Notes: generated from the letters alone by a model not told the origin. A DNA stretch of 64,000 nucleotides from an uncultured Clostridia bacterium (GCA_948735595.1 CAPXSA010000027.1:7106-71105); one strand, 5' to 3'. Positions 18,633-29,726 are shown, counted from the first letter of the stretch. Numbers and translations are program-made.

Positions 18633-20066
18633 CTATACTTTTAGCACTCCACCAATGGTCTTATTTAGTTTTGCATGCTTATGTCCTGCTAGGATAGAAG
18701 CACCACCTGCAATCACTACAATATCTCCACTTTCAATATATTTTTTCTCTTTTGCAATTCTAATTCCCTCATCTATCATATCATCAATACTTTCTTTTGA
18801 TTCTACTAAAATAGCATTTGCATTCCATATCATAGACAATTGTTTGCATACTTCTTGATTAGCTGTAATAACATAAATTGGGCATTGTGGCATAAATCCT
18901 GCAAGCATTTTTGCTGTTCTTCCTGTATCTGTGTAGGCAAAAATTGCCTTTGCACATAAGTCCATAGCAGTAGAACAAGTAGAATAATTTAAGTTATACT
19001 CATAATCTTCATTTCCATAATCTCTTTCTTTGTTCTTAAATCTCTTCCAATATTTAAGTGAACCTTCTATTGCTTCACAAATTCTTACCATTGTTTGAAC
19101 ACATTCCACAGGATATTCTCCCATGGCAGATTCTCCAGAAAGCATTACACAACTTGTCATATCATATACTGCATTTGCTACGTCACTTACTTCTGCTCTT
19201 GTAGGACGTGGACTATGTATCATGGATTCTAGCATTTGTGTCGCTGTAATAACTGGTTTTCCTGCCTTATTACATTTGCTAATAAATTCCTTTTGTCTGA
19301 TTGGAACTTCTTCCATTGGAATTTCTACACCCAAGTCTCCCCTTGCTACCATAATTCCATCAGATACTTCTAAAATTTCATCAAAGTTGTCAATTCCTTG
19401 TCTATTTTCTATTTTAGAAATAATTTTAATGTGGCTTCCGTTATTTTCTTCTAATATTTTTCTAATATTTAATACATCTTGTGGTGTACGAATAAAAGAG
19501 GCTGCAATATAGTCAAAACCTGCTGTAATTCCAAATTTAATATCTTCGATATCTTTTTCGGTTGGGCTTGGTAAATTAATGTACATTCCTGGAATGTTAA
19601 TACTTTTTGTATTAGTTAATGGTCCACCATCAATTACTTTACATTTAATATCTGTTCCTTGAATTTCCACTACTTCTACTTTAATTAAACCATCATTAAT
19701 TAAAATCATGGTACCTACATTTACTTCATTACATAAATTTTTGTAAGTAATCGATACTTTTTCTTTATCACCTAATATTTCATCTGTTACTAAAGTAAAG
19801 ATATCCCCTTCATTTAGTTCAATTTTTCCATCTTTGAATTTACCTATTCTAATTTCAGGTCCTTTTGTATCAAGCATCAAAGCTACTGGCTTTCCTACTT
19901 TTTCTCTTGCTTGTTTTACTGTTTCAATTCTAGCTTCTTGGTCTTGATAATTTCCATGTGAAAAGTTAATTCTAGCAACATCCATTCCTGCTAATATTAA
20001 TTTTTCTAAAACTGCTTCTTCATCTACTGCTGGTCCTATTGTACAAATAATTTTTGTTTTTTTCAT
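18633..20066 (-). CDS. pyk: Pyruvate kinase
   Basis: MKKTKIICTIGPA N-terminus. The ATG at 20064-20066 has an upstream GGAAGG SD, whereas the longer ORF start at 20096 has none. Confidence 0.95.
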   Translation of the reverse strand: MKKTKIICTIGPAVDEEAVLEKLILAGMDVARINFSHGNYQDQEARIETVKQAREKVGKPVALMLDTKGPEIRIGKFKDGKIELNEGDIFTLVTDEILGDKEKVSITYKNLCNEVNVGTMILINDGLIKVEVVEIQGTDIKCKVIDGGPLTNTKSINIPGMYINLPSPTEKDIEDIKFGITAGFDYIAASFIRTPQDVLNIRKILEENNGSHIKIISKIENRQGIDNFDEILEVSDGIMVARGDLGVEIPMEEVPIRQKEFISKCNKAGKPVITATQMLESMIHSPRPTRAEVSDVANAVYDMTSCVMLSGESAMGEYPVECVQTMVRICEAIEGSLKYWKRFKNKERDYGNEDYEYNLNYSTCSTAMDLCAKAIFAYTDTGRTAKMLAGFMPQCPIYVITANQEVCKQLSMIWNANAILVESKESIDDMIDEGIRIAKEKKYIESGDIVVIAGGASILAGHKHAKLNKTIGGVLKV

Positions 20067-20286
20067 TTTGTTTTTCCTTCCTTTCGCTTTTTTCATTTTT
20101 TAGCTTATATATATTACCACTTTTCTTCAAAAAATGCTACTATTTTTTAGAATATTCTTTTTATTATATTGAAATTTACGTTAACTTCAGTATACTTATT
20201 TTACATAAAGTTGATTTTTTTTTCCTATTTTATGCTATACTATAGGTAGATTTTGGTATTAGATTAATTAATAGGAGGTATCTAAT

Positions 20287-20655
20287 ATGGGAGAACTTTG
20301 GGAAACTATAAAAGGAATTTGGAGATTAGAACGTCATGGAACTTTAGCAGACCATATGCGTGCTAATAGAGATATCATGATGGGGAAAAACCCTTATACT
20401 GGCAAGCCTCATTTACAAGAAAATACTTCTGCTAGAATAAAACGTCTTGAAAGATATAGGTGTACAGTTTCTACTCCTAGAACCAGTGATGTAGTAAAAT
20501 ATGAAATGGACTTACTTCAAAAGCAAAGTCAAACAGCTACTCCAAGTGAGTTTGATGCTATTTGTGAAAAATATAATACTTTAAAAAGAGAATATGAAGC
20601 TTTATTAGAAGCTGAAAAAGCTGATAAACAAGGGAAGCAAGAAAGAGAAAGATAA
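20287..20655 (+). CDS. Hypothetical protein
   Basis: 122-aa ORF with an AGGAGG SD. No family recognised. Confidence 0.5.
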   Translation: MGELWETIKGIWRLERHGTLADHMRANRDIMMGKNPYTGKPHLQENTSARIKRLERYRCTVSTPRTSDVVKYEMDLLQKQSQTATPSEFDAICEKYNTLKREYEALLEAEKADKQGKQERER

Positions 20656-20680
20656 AGAGAAATAACACATTAATGTCAAA

Positions 20681-21127
20681 TTAATGTGTTTTATTTTTAT
20701 GAAATATTCTTTGAATAAAATCCCTTAATTTTGTAAATATACTTTCTTTATATGGTACTATTTGTAACTCTTCTCTTGGCTGATTTAATTTCTTTTCTTT
20801 AAATATCTCATTAGGATTATATTTTTCTCTTAGTTCTTTTTGATAAATTTCTTCATTTTTTAGATATATTTGATATAACTCTTGTTTTATCTTTTCATTT
20901 GGACACCAATACTGGTATTGAAACATAGCAAGTATTGCCATTGTTGTTTTTGTTAGCCTACTAGCATCTACTAGATTTTCTTTGTTCAATTCTATCTCAT
21001 AATTTTTTAATTTTTCTTTCCCTAACATTTCTATCATTTTTTTAGGAATTTTCCTTATATACTCTTGTGGCATTTGATGTAAAATTTCATATACTTCTGC
21101 ATATGCCTTTTGCATTTCATATGTCAT
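20681..21127 (-). CDS. Hypothetical protein, third gene of a three-gene cassette
   Basis: 148-aa ORF tightly spaced with 21142-21351 and 21355-23145. Confidence 0.5.
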   Translation of the reverse strand: MTYEMQKAYAEVYEILHQMPQEYIRKIPKKMIEMLGKEKLKNYEIELNKENLVDASRLTKTTMAILAMFQYQYWCPNEKIKQELYQIYLKNEEIYQKELREKYNPNEIFKEKKLNQPREELQIVPYKESIFTKLRDFIQRIFHKNKTH

Positions 21128-21141
21128 TATCCTTCTCCTAT

Positions 21142-21351
21142 TTAATTCTTATTAATCCATTCTTTTGGTATTTTCACTTCATATCTATCATTTAATATCT
21201 CAATTGTTTCTTTGTCTGTTATAAGTTTGCCATCTATTACATATACTTTATGCTTTCCTTTAAAACATTTCTTTACTTCACCATAGTCATTATCTTCAAT
21301 GGTTAATAACACCATTAATTCCTGCCCATCAATTTGTAATTTTTCTCTCAC
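21142..21351 (-). CDS. Hypothetical small protein, middle gene of the cassette
   Basis: 69-aa ORF that starts 3 nt after the upstream stop codon. Confidence 0.45.
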   Translation of the reverse strand: MREKLQIDGQELMVLLTIEDNDYGEVKKCFKGKHKVYVIDGKLITDKETIEILNDRYEVKIPKEWINKN

Positions 21352-21354
21352 TAC

Positions 21355-23145
21355 TTAGTCATCTCCTTTTTCTGTAGGTGCTTTTGGCTCTATTTCTCCT
21401 ACTTTTAGGTTAGCTTTCATTACATCTGCCACTTGCATCATTTGACTTGTTGTCACTCCTACTTTTGCAGTTTCTTCCATCAATTGAATATCTAATTTGC
21501 TCATATCATCAGTTAGTCTTCTAACTTCTCCTACCTGTGCCACCTCTAATTGTCCATCTTCTCCTATTATATAGTATTCTCTACTTGTTTGACTTTTTCC
21601 ATTTTCATCTTGTGTAACAAACCTCATAGTAATATCTTCTCCAATAATTTCCACACTTTCTAAACTCTCATTTCTTTGCGTTTGAATTCTTCCAACTTGT
21701 TCCTCTATTCTTTTCCACTGTGAAGTTTCCATACCCTTTCCCCAACAAGTTATCTCTCCTTCTTCTCCTACCAAAACATAACTATTAGATATTTCATCTC
21801 CTCTTTTATCATATCTTCTTCCCTCTAATAAATATGTATATTTTGTATCAACATTTTGAATTGATAGTTCATAGTGGTTTCCTATTCTCTGATATTGAAC
21901 ATCTACAAGTGATATATGTTTAAGACCTTCTACTTGTCCATAAATATCTCTGTTTAAATCCATTATCTTTAAAAAATCATTTATCATATTTGCTTTCGAA
22001 AAATCCGCTTTATTTACAATTCCTTCTTTGATACAAAATTCTTCAAAATTCTCTTTCCCAGCAATCTGTAAACATTGATGCAATCTATAACTCATTGATA
22101 TTTCAGAAATAGCTTGAGAATGTAATAAAAAATTTGCTATCTGCTCAAATCCTTCTAAGCGTATCTTCACATCTTTTCCATTAATGGTCTCTATTATTTC
22201 CATTTTCTCTTCTGTACTCAATTCTTGGTTTGCTAGAAATTCTATAAAAACCTTTTGTATGGTTTCTGTTTGAGGAAACATACATGTAAGATTAGAATTT
22301 AACACAGCTATCTTTAATAATTCCTTTCTTAGTAAAACATCCCCTGTACACTCTAGTGCTACTGTAACAAGGTCATTAGCTACTATCACAATTTCTTCTT
22401 TTGCTACATCGTGCATTTTTCTATATTCTTTTACAAATTCCTCATCGTTTCCCGCTATAACCTTTTCTAATATTGTTAATGTATCCTGAAAGTCTATCAG
22501 CTGTGATATTATTGTGCTAATCTCGCCTCCTCTTATTCCATATCTTCTATCAATTTCAGTACTAAAAAGTTCTTCTAATGTAAAATCATCTGTAACCTCT
22601 TGTATCAAATCTTGATCAAAGAACTTTTCCAATACAGTTTCTTTTCCTATTAATCCAAATAAAATGTTGACAGTTGTTTTTTCTCTATTATATCCACTAT
22701 TTTTTATTCCCGTAAGTTCTTCTGCTAACCAATCTGTAATCCCTTCACTAATTCCTCTTCCTATTTCTTTATAATATATACTTTCTTCTTCACTATTGAG
22801 ATAACTCCAACCTCTTATATTTTCAAAAGGATGGTTTGATGTTTTCTGAATGAGTAATCCTATTTTACTATATTCACCTTTACTGTAAGTCAATGCATGC
22901 AATATCTCATGGACAATAGTTTGTTCTTGATTACATCTTTCAAAATCTATATTTATTATTCCGTTTTCATTATTATAACCACCTGCTGTATTTTTTTCCT
23001 TTTCTGGCTCATAAGTAACTTCTCTTATATTCTCATTTAATCGTTTCCTAATTTCTGTAACAGAAATAAACTGAGCAAGTAATGGATGACTTCCATAATT
23101 CCCAACAAACCACTCTATTAATTGCTCTTTGTTCATTTTCTCCAT
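21355..23145 (-). CDS. Large cytoplasmic protein with an N-terminal HExxH zinc-metalloprotease-like domain
   Basis: GGYNNENGIINIDFERCNQEQTIVHEILHALTY resembles lethal-factor-like or MA-clan peptidase cores. No signal peptide. The remainder is unrecognised. Confidence 0.5.
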   Translation of the reverse strand: MEKMNKEQLIEWFVGNYGSHPLLAQFISVTEIRKRLNENIREVTYEPEKEKNTAGGYNNENGIINIDFERCNQEQTIVHEILHALTYSKGEYSKIGLLIQKTSNHPFENIRGWSYLNSEEESIYYKEIGRGISEGITDWLAEELTGIKNSGYNREKTTVNILFGLIGKETVLEKFFDQDLIQEVTDDFTLEELFSTEIDRRYGIRGGEISTIISQLIDFQDTLTILEKVIAGNDEEFVKEYRKMHDVAKEEIVIVANDLVTVALECTGDVLLRKELLKIAVLNSNLTCMFPQTETIQKVFIEFLANQELSTEEKMEIIETINGKDVKIRLEGFEQIANFLLHSQAISEISMSYRLHQCLQIAGKENFEEFCIKEGIVNKADFSKANMINDFLKIMDLNRDIYGQVEGLKHISLVDVQYQRIGNHYELSIQNVDTKYTYLLEGRRYDKRGDEISNSYVLVGEEGEITCWGKGMETSQWKRIEEQVGRIQTQRNESLESVEIIGEDITMRFVTQDENGKSQTSREYYIIGEDGQLEVAQVGEVRRLTDDMSKLDIQLMEETAKVGVTTSQMMQVADVMKANLKVGEIEPKAPTEKGDD

Positions 23146-23232
23146 GTACTGCTTTCCCCTTTGTATAACTTCTCTTTAAGTTAGGCTATTTATTACAAAT
23201 AAGGGAAGTAAAAATTCACTTCCCCTTATCAC

Positions 23233-25797
23233 TTATTTTGTAATCCATTTAATTAAATTCAAGTTAGCAGAATCTAAAATCATCTCATGTCTTGGCATTA
23301 CTCTAAAGGTATAGCCATAGTTTCCACCATTAACTAAATTTACCTTTCCTTTATAAGTATAGGTCCTATTTTCTTCATCTGCATTTTCTAACGTTAATGG
23401 AATAATACTAATATCATCTACTACACCATTTTCGTCAATTCTTCCATAATATACTTGTGCTTCAATATTGTCTTTATCTATATTAGATAATTTCACTTTA
23501 CATCTTACCTCAATATTGTTTCCTGCATCAATAGTAATATTATCTAAATTATCTTCCTGTGTAATTTGAATATCTTTCCATGTATTTTGTAAGCTTTCTT
23601 TCCATTTATTAAATCCACCTACTTTTTCTAAGTCTGTATAGTAGTTGTCATATAGATTACACAATGGAATATATAACTGATCTACATAGTCTGTTAGCAT
23701 TCTAGAGGTACTAAATCTACCACCTGTGGAGATAATAGAGTCTTTCATGTATTGCATCCATCTATCTGAGATGCCTTTTTCATCTTTTTCATAATACATT
23801 GGTATGATTTTGTTTTCTAAAGTTTCGTAAATACTTTGGCTGTCTGCTCTATCTTGCGACTCATAATCAGGATATTCTGCGTTTGTTCCAATGGTCCAAC
23901 CATTTTTAGAGTTATATCCTTCTGCCCACCATCCATCTAATACACTAAAGTTGATAACACCATTGACTGATGCTTTTTGTCCACTTGTGCCTGAAGCTTC
24001 CATCGGTCTTCTAGGAGTATTAAGCCATACGTCCACACCACTAATTAAATATCTAGACATCGCAATATTATAATTTTCTAATACAAATATCTTTCCTTTG
24101 AATTGTGGTTTCATAGAAATTTCATGAATATATTTAATTAAATCTTGTCCTTCTTTATCTGCCGGATGTGCTTTTCCTGCAAATATAATCTGAACTTTAC
24201 GGTTTTGGTTATTTAAAATTTGTGTAATTCTTTCTAAGTCTTTGAAAATTAAAGTTGCTCTTTTATACGTAGCAAATCTTCTGGCAAATCCAATGGTTAA
24301 TACATTTGGATCTAAGCTATTTACCATATTCATAATATCATCATAGTGATAGCCATATCTTCTTAAACGATTTACTGTATTTTCTCTTACTAAAGCTAAT
24401 AGCTTCTCTTTTCTTTCTTGATGTGCTTGCCATAATTTATCATTTGGAATATCTTGTATTTTTTTCCATACTTCATCATCATAGATTTTATCTTGCCAAT
24501 ATGGAATTAAGTATTTGTTATATAACTTCTTAAGTCCCGGAGCAAGCCATGAGCAAGTATGTATTCCATTTGTTACATAGGTAATAGGGGATTCGTTTGC
24601 TGCAATTTCTGGCCAAACTTCGCCAAATAACTCTCTTGAAACAGCACCATGTAACTTACTAACTCCATTCTTTTTACCTGCTACCTTTAGTGCTAAAATT
24701 CCCATGTTAAATCCGCTATTTAATTGAGCATTTGGTTTCATTCCCATTTCAAAAAACTCTTGCTTTGTAATTCCTAGTTTGTCCCAATAGCCTTTAAAAT
24801 ATTTTTCTACTAATTCTAATGGAAATATATCATTTCCTGCAGGAACTGGTGTATGTGTTGTAAATACTGTTTTACTTGACACAATATCTCTTGCAATTTG
24901 GAAAGAAATTTTCTTTTCTTTCATTAATGTATAAATTAGCTCTAATATTAAGAAAGAAGAATGTCCTTCATTCATATGATAAATGGTTGGATTTAGCCCT
25001 AATGCTTTAAGTAAGGCAACGCCACCTTGGCCAAGTACAATTTCTTGCTGAATTCTCATTTCTTGGTCTCCACCATATAACGTTCTAGTAATCTCACGAT
25101 ATTCTTTTGTGTTTTCATCAATATCAGAGTCTAATAAATATAAATCTACTCTACCGACCGTAATTTTCCATGCTTTTAAATACAACTTTTTCTTTGGAAG
25201 TTGCAAAGCTACTAAAATATCTTTATCATTACAATCTTTTACTCTTGTTAATGGTAAACTTTCTGCATCAATATCGTAATATTCAGTTTCTTGTTGTCCT
25301 ACTCCATTAATTTTTTGGTGAAAATATCCATTTTTGTATAGTAAACCTACTGCTACTAGTGGAATCCCTAAATCACTAGCAGATTTCAAGTGGTCACCTG
25401 ATAAAATACCAAGACCTCCAGAATAAATAGGCAAAACTTGATCCAAACCATATTCTGCTGAAAAGTAGGCAATTAAGTTGTTACGATTATCAGGATATTT
25501 TTTGGCAAACCATGTATTTTTACTTTTTCTATAATCTTCAAAATCTTCTACAACTTTGTCATATTCTTTTAAAAAGTTTGCACTTTGTGCTGCTTCTTCT
25601 AACTTTTCTTGTGATACAGATTTTAAGAACTTAACAGGATTTTTCTCTGACCTCTCCCATAAGTCAATATCAATTTCTTTGAATAATCTTAGAAACTCTG
25701 TGTTCCAAGACCACCAAAGGTTATAGCTAATTTCAGATAGTTTTTCAATTCTTTTGGGTAATTGTGGATTGACTGTAATGCGATTAAATACATACAT
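23233..25797 (-). CDS. glgP: Alpha-glucan (glycogen/maltodextrin) phosphorylase, GT35
   Basis: 854 aa. Contains GGLGILSGDHLKSASDLG and EASGTSGQKA, the latter being the pyridoxal-phosphate Lys region. Confidence 0.9.
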   Translation of the reverse strand: MYVFNRITVNPQLPKRIEKLSEISYNLWWSWNTEFLRLFKEIDIDLWERSEKNPVKFLKSVSQEKLEEAAQSANFLKEYDKVVEDFEDYRKSKNTWFAKKYPDNRNNLIAYFSAEYGLDQVLPIYSGGLGILSGDHLKSASDLGIPLVAVGLLYKNGYFHQKINGVGQQETEYYDIDAESLPLTRVKDCNDKDILVALQLPKKKLYLKAWKITVGRVDLYLLDSDIDENTKEYREITRTLYGGDQEMRIQQEIVLGQGGVALLKALGLNPTIYHMNEGHSSFLILELIYTLMKEKKISFQIARDIVSSKTVFTTHTPVPAGNDIFPLELVEKYFKGYWDKLGITKQEFFEMGMKPNAQLNSGFNMGILALKVAGKKNGVSKLHGAVSRELFGEVWPEIAANESPITYVTNGIHTCSWLAPGLKKLYNKYLIPYWQDKIYDDEVWKKIQDIPNDKLWQAHQERKEKLLALVRENTVNRLRRYGYHYDDIMNMVNSLDPNVLTIGFARRFATYKRATLIFKDLERITQILNNQNRKVQIIFAGKAHPADKEGQDLIKYIHEISMKPQFKGKIFVLENYNIAMSRYLISGVDVWLNTPRRPMEASGTSGQKASVNGVINFSVLDGWWAEGYNSKNGWTIGTNAEYPDYESQDRADSQSIYETLENKIIPMYYEKDEKGISDRWMQYMKDSIISTGGRFSTSRMLTDYVDQLYIPLCNLYDNYYTDLEKVGGFNKWKESLQNTWKDIQITQEDNLDNITIDAGNNIEVRCKVKLSNIDKDNIEAQVYYGRIDENGVVDDISIIPLTLENADEENRTYTYKGKVNLVNGGNYGYTFRVMPRHEMILDSANLNLIKWITK

Positions 25798-25945
25798 ATT
25801 TAATTCCTCCTTAGTACTTTTTGATAATTCTTTTGTAATTTTGTCTCTTATTTTTCTTTTTATATTATCTATTAAGATAGGAAATTTGTCAATTGATTTT
25901 TGAGTAGATTTTATAAATTTTTTGCCAAATTAATCGATAAATAAA

Positions 25946-25982
25946 ACATGACTATACTATCTTAGTCATGTTATTTTATCTC
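25946..25982 (-). terminator. Intrinsic terminator of the MFS gene
   Basis: AACATGACTA-N8-TAGTCATGTT followed by a T-run on the minus strand. Confidence 0.6.
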
Positions 25983-27230
25983 TAAAAATTCAATTTCACT
26001 TTTTTGATACTCTTCAGGTTTTAATCCTACTTTTTTATCCATTCGGTCTAGTAATAACACTAAAGCTATTGTTAAAAAGCACCCTATAATACACATGGTT
26101 CCTGCCGAATCGATATTTCTTAGTAGAAAAGATGCAAATAACGAAATGAGTGACCTTGCTATACTTTCTGATAAGTTATAGCAAGAAGATATTTTATTTC
26201 TTAAAGAAGAAGTTGTAAAATTGTTTAAATATCTTTTAATTAAAGTGTAAAAAGGTCCTTTTACTACAAATTGTATCATATATAATATGACAATAACTGT
26301 TAGGGTAAAAGTATATGGTAATTTTAAAGCAACCGTTATTCCTACTAAAATACATGATACTGCTGTTGGAAATGATAGGACTGCTAATGTTTTATTATGA
26401 AAACGATTATGGAGTCTATTTTGATTTTTAGCAGCGATTCCTGATATTAAGCCTAATGCAGCAAAAATCACACCATAATATTGTTCTGGAACATTTAATT
26501 GTTGCAAAACTCCACTTCTTAAACTAGTTAGAGTTCCTAATAATCCTGCAAACATTGCTCCAAAAACTAATAAATATTTCAATCTACTAGATTGGAACAT
26601 ATATCGGAATGAAGTCTTTAATTCTTTTATATATGTTTTCATTCCTTGTATCTTTTCTGTTTTCTTTATTTCTCCAAATTGATATGCAATAAAAGCAGAT
26701 ATGACACAACTAATTAAAGCTAATGATAATGGTATATATGGATTAACTACATATAAAAAACCTGCTACTACAGAAGAAATAGCATCTAAATAATAATACC
26801 ATGAAAATCCTTTTCCATCTATTTTAGAAAATCTACTTCCTCTTTTTTCATCTTTTGGTAAAGAGTCATATAATAAATTGGTTTCAGCAACGCCTTTAAT
26901 ATCAAAGGCTATGGCTGAAAAGAATTGTGCAATAATTAAATACATTAAATTAGAACTCATCATAAAACATGCTACAGAAACGCCATTAATTAAGTTTGCA
27001 AAAATAAGACTTTTCCTTTTCCCTATTTTTTCAATCAAAATCGTTAATGGCATCAATAATACTGATTTAAAAATTGGATATATCGCATCTGCTAATAAGA
27101 CATCAGCTGCGCTAATACCTTTAACTTGCGTTAAAAATAAAAATAATATTGTATAAAAAAATAGTAAATCCCACGAAATTGCTTTATATATGGGAAATAA
27201 TCTTACATTTTTTTCTTCTTTTGTCTCCAC
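25971..27230 (-). CDS. MFS transporter
   Basis: 419 aa with about 12 predicted hydrophobic helices. Confidence 0.75.
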   Translation of the reverse strand: METKEEKNVRLFPIYKAISWDLLFFYTILFLFLTQVKGISAADVLLADAIYPIFKSVLLMPLTILIEKIGKRKSLIFANLINGVSVACFMMSSNLMYLIIAQFFSAIAFDIKGVAETNLLYDSLPKDEKRGSRFSKIDGKGFSWYYYLDAISSVVAGFLYVVNPYIPLSLALISCVISAFIAYQFGEIKKTEKIQGMKTYIKELKTSFRYMFQSSRLKYLLVFGAMFAGLLGTLTSLRSGVLQQLNVPEQYYGVIFAALGLISGIAAKNQNRLHNRFHNKTLAVLSFPTAVSCILVGITVALKLPYTFTLTVIVILYMIQFVVKGPFYTLIKRYLNNFTTSSLRNKISSCYNLSESIARSLISLFASFLLRNIDSAGTMCIIGCFLTIALVLLLDRMDKKVGLKPEEYQKSEIEFLEIK

Positions 27231-27438
27231 TTTATCACCTTATTAAAAATTTCTATCATATAAAAAAATTATACAAATATTTGCGGAATTTTGTCAAGAG
27301 TTATAAAAAACAAATTAACAAAAACGTAAAGAAAAATTAATAAAGTTTTAATAGCATTTTTAAAGTACAAGCAGTATAATAAAATTATCAAGTGTGAAAG
27401 GAGAATATCGGTTTTAAAAACTGGTAAAAAGATAAATT

Positions 27439-28167
27439 ATGAAGAAATGGATTTTGAGAATTTTATTAGTTTTAGTTATCATAGTAGGTATTATAGTTGG
27501 TGTTTTTATTTATAATGGGCATGAATTATATCAAAACGCTTTAAATACAGTTAGTCTTTCTGATAAAGTAGATAAAATTCAAAAAGATGAAAATTACATA
27601 AAATTAGAAGATTTACCTAAAGATTACAAAGATGCAGTTATTTCTGTTGAGGATAGACGTTATTATAACCATGGTCCTATTGATTTAATTGGTATCTCTA
27701 GAGCACTCTATACTAATCTCAAAAATCAGCAATTTCTAGAAGGTGGTAGTACGATTGCACAACAAGTTGCTAAAAATTTATATTTCATTTCACCTGATGA
27801 AAATGCTGCGCACCGCAAAGTTGCTGAAGTATTTATGGCTAGTGACTTAGAAAATGCTTATGGAAAAGATACTGTTTTAGAATTATATGTAAATACTATT
27901 TATTTTGGAGATGGCTACTATGGAATCCAAGAAGCAAGTCAAGGATACCTCAAAAAAGATGCTAAAGATTTAACACTATTTGATGCTACTATGATGGCAG
28001 GTATCCCTAATGCTCCAAGCGCATATGCGCCTACTGTTAATATGGATTTAGCTTTAAGTAGACAAAGAAAAGTAATTTCTACTATGGTAGAAAATAAATA
28101 TATTTCTCAAGAACAGGCTGACGAATTAATTAAGCAACAAGATGATTTTAAGTTACCTAACAAATAA
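27439..28167 (+). CDS. Monofunctional peptidoglycan glycosyltransferase (GT51)
   Basis: N-terminal TM segment; EDRRYYNHGPID and GGSTIAQQVAKN motifs. Confidence 0.85.
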   Translation: MKKWILRILLVLVIIVGIIVGVFIYNGHELYQNALNTVSLSDKVDKIQKDENYIKLEDLPKDYKDAVISVEDRRYYNHGPIDLIGISRALYTNLKNQQFLEGGSTIAQQVAKNLYFISPDENAAHRKVAEVFMASDLENAYGKDTVLELYVNTIYFGDGYYGIQEASQGYLKKDAKDLTLFDATMMAGIPNAPSAYAPTVNMDLALSRQRKVISTMVENKYISQEQADELIKQQDDFKLPNK

Positions 28168-28176
28168 ATATGTTTA

Positions 28177-28250
28177 TGTCAGATTAGGGACATACGTTCA
28201 TCCAACAAAAACTTCGTTTTCGTCAGATGAACATACGTCCCTAAACTAAC
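28177..28250. repeat. REP-like element, long variant
   Basis: tgtcagattagggacatacgttcatc ... gatgaacatacgtccctaaactaaca. It shares the tgtcag, GGGAC/GTCCC and aaactaac blocks with the other copies and lies between convergent genes. Confidence 0.55.
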
Positions 28251-28251
28251 A

Positions 28252-29176
28252 TTATGCTTCTATCCAATCTAGAATATCATAATATACTTTTTCTTTAATA
28301 TCTTCATTTAATAATTCATGCCTTTTTCCTTTATACAATTTATGAGACATATTTTTGTATCCAATTTCTTTTTCTAAAAATTCATACGCATTAATCCATT
28401 TTTGTAAATTGCCAATTACAGGATCCTCATCTCCTGCAATAAAAAATATTGGAAGTTCTAAATTTTTCCTTTCCCATCCTTTTTTCGAATAAGTCTTTTG
28501 TACTAATTTATATAAGTTTTGAAAACCGTTTAAGGTAAAGACATACCCACATTTTTTGTCTTGGTTGTATTTTTCTTTGTTTTCTTCCTCACTACTAATC
28601 CAACAATTTTCATCTTCTTTTTCTTTCTCAAACTTTTTAGGATACGAAGAAAAAGTTAATTTTTGCATTAACTTACTTCTATATTTATCTCCCTTAAATT
28701 TCCCTATTATTTTTGCTAAGAAAATACCAAAACTAGCCCCTATATTTTTACTAGGTGCTCCACAAACAATTAATTTATTAATCTCATTATCATATTTTTT
28801 TAGATAGCATCTTACTACCATAGACCCCATACTATGTCCAAAAAGATAAACGGGTAAGTTTGGATATTCTTGTTTTATGACTTGTGTTACTTGGTGTAGG
28901 TCCTCTACAATATAACTTGCAGTTGAATCGTAAAAGTACCCTAAATCTTCTTCTGCCTTTATGCTATCTCCATGTCCTCTATGGTCATGTATCACTGTTA
29001 TATATCCGTTTTTCCGTTAAAAATTCCATAAAAGGATAATATCTTTCTTTATGTTCTGCCATCCCATGTGAAATTTGCACAATTCCTTTTATCTCTTTGC
29101 TTTCTGGTAACATAATTTTCATTGCTAAAGCTAATCCATCACATTTTGATTCAATTTTCTTATTTATTTGTTTCAT
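28252..29176 (-). CDS. Alpha/beta hydrolase (lysophospholipase/monoacylglycerol-lipase-like), interrupted by a frame break at CGG 29006-29008
   Basis: ORFs 28985-29176 and 28252-28995 join as ...FMEFLTEK|GYITVIHDHRGHGDS. The GHSMG nucleophile elbow is in the downstream part. Confidence 0.8.
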
Positions 29177-29415
29177 TTTTATCGCTCCTATAATATTTTG
29201 GTACTTTCGACTTTTATGGTTTCTATTGTATCATATTTAAAGAGAAATGCAATACAATACTGTCATTACGAGTTTGTCTCATTTTATTTCTTGTTTATCC
29301 TTAAATTTTTCCTATAATCTTTATAACGATTTGTTTTGATTTTAGCAATAACATTTTGTTATACCTTATAATTTCTTTAGTAATATTTTATTGTTATGTT
29401 TTAGGGGGCTAAAAT

Positions 29416-29667
29416 ATGAAAACTCGTATTAAAGATTTAAGGGAAGACCATGATCTTACTCAAAAAGAATTAAGTAAATTTCTTAATATTTCACAAGTTG
29501 CTTATTCTTATTATGAACTAAATCGAAGGAATATTCCTTTAGAATTATTGGCAAAATTGGCAGATTATTACCATACTAGTGTTGATTATTTGCTATATCG
29601 TACTGATGATATGACACCATATCCAAAGGATAACAAGCAAAATTGTAAAGAATCGCTTGTGGTATGA
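29416..29667 (+). CDS. XRE-family helix-turn-helix transcriptional regulator
   Basis: IKDLREDHDLTQKELSKFLNISQVAYSYYELNRR. Confidence 0.8.
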   Translation: MKTRIKDLREDHDLTQKELSKFLNISQVAYSYYELNRRNIPLELLAKLADYYHTSVDYLLYRTDDMTPYPKDNKQNCKESLVV

Positions 29668-29686
29668 GAAGCTACTCTTTGTTTGC

Positions 29687-29726
29687 AAAAATGCCAATAT
29701 CTAATTTTGATATTGGCATTTTTCGT
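29687..29726 (+). terminator. Intrinsic terminator after the XRE gene
   Basis: AAAAATGCCAATATC-loop-GATATTGGCATTTTT. Confidence 0.75.
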
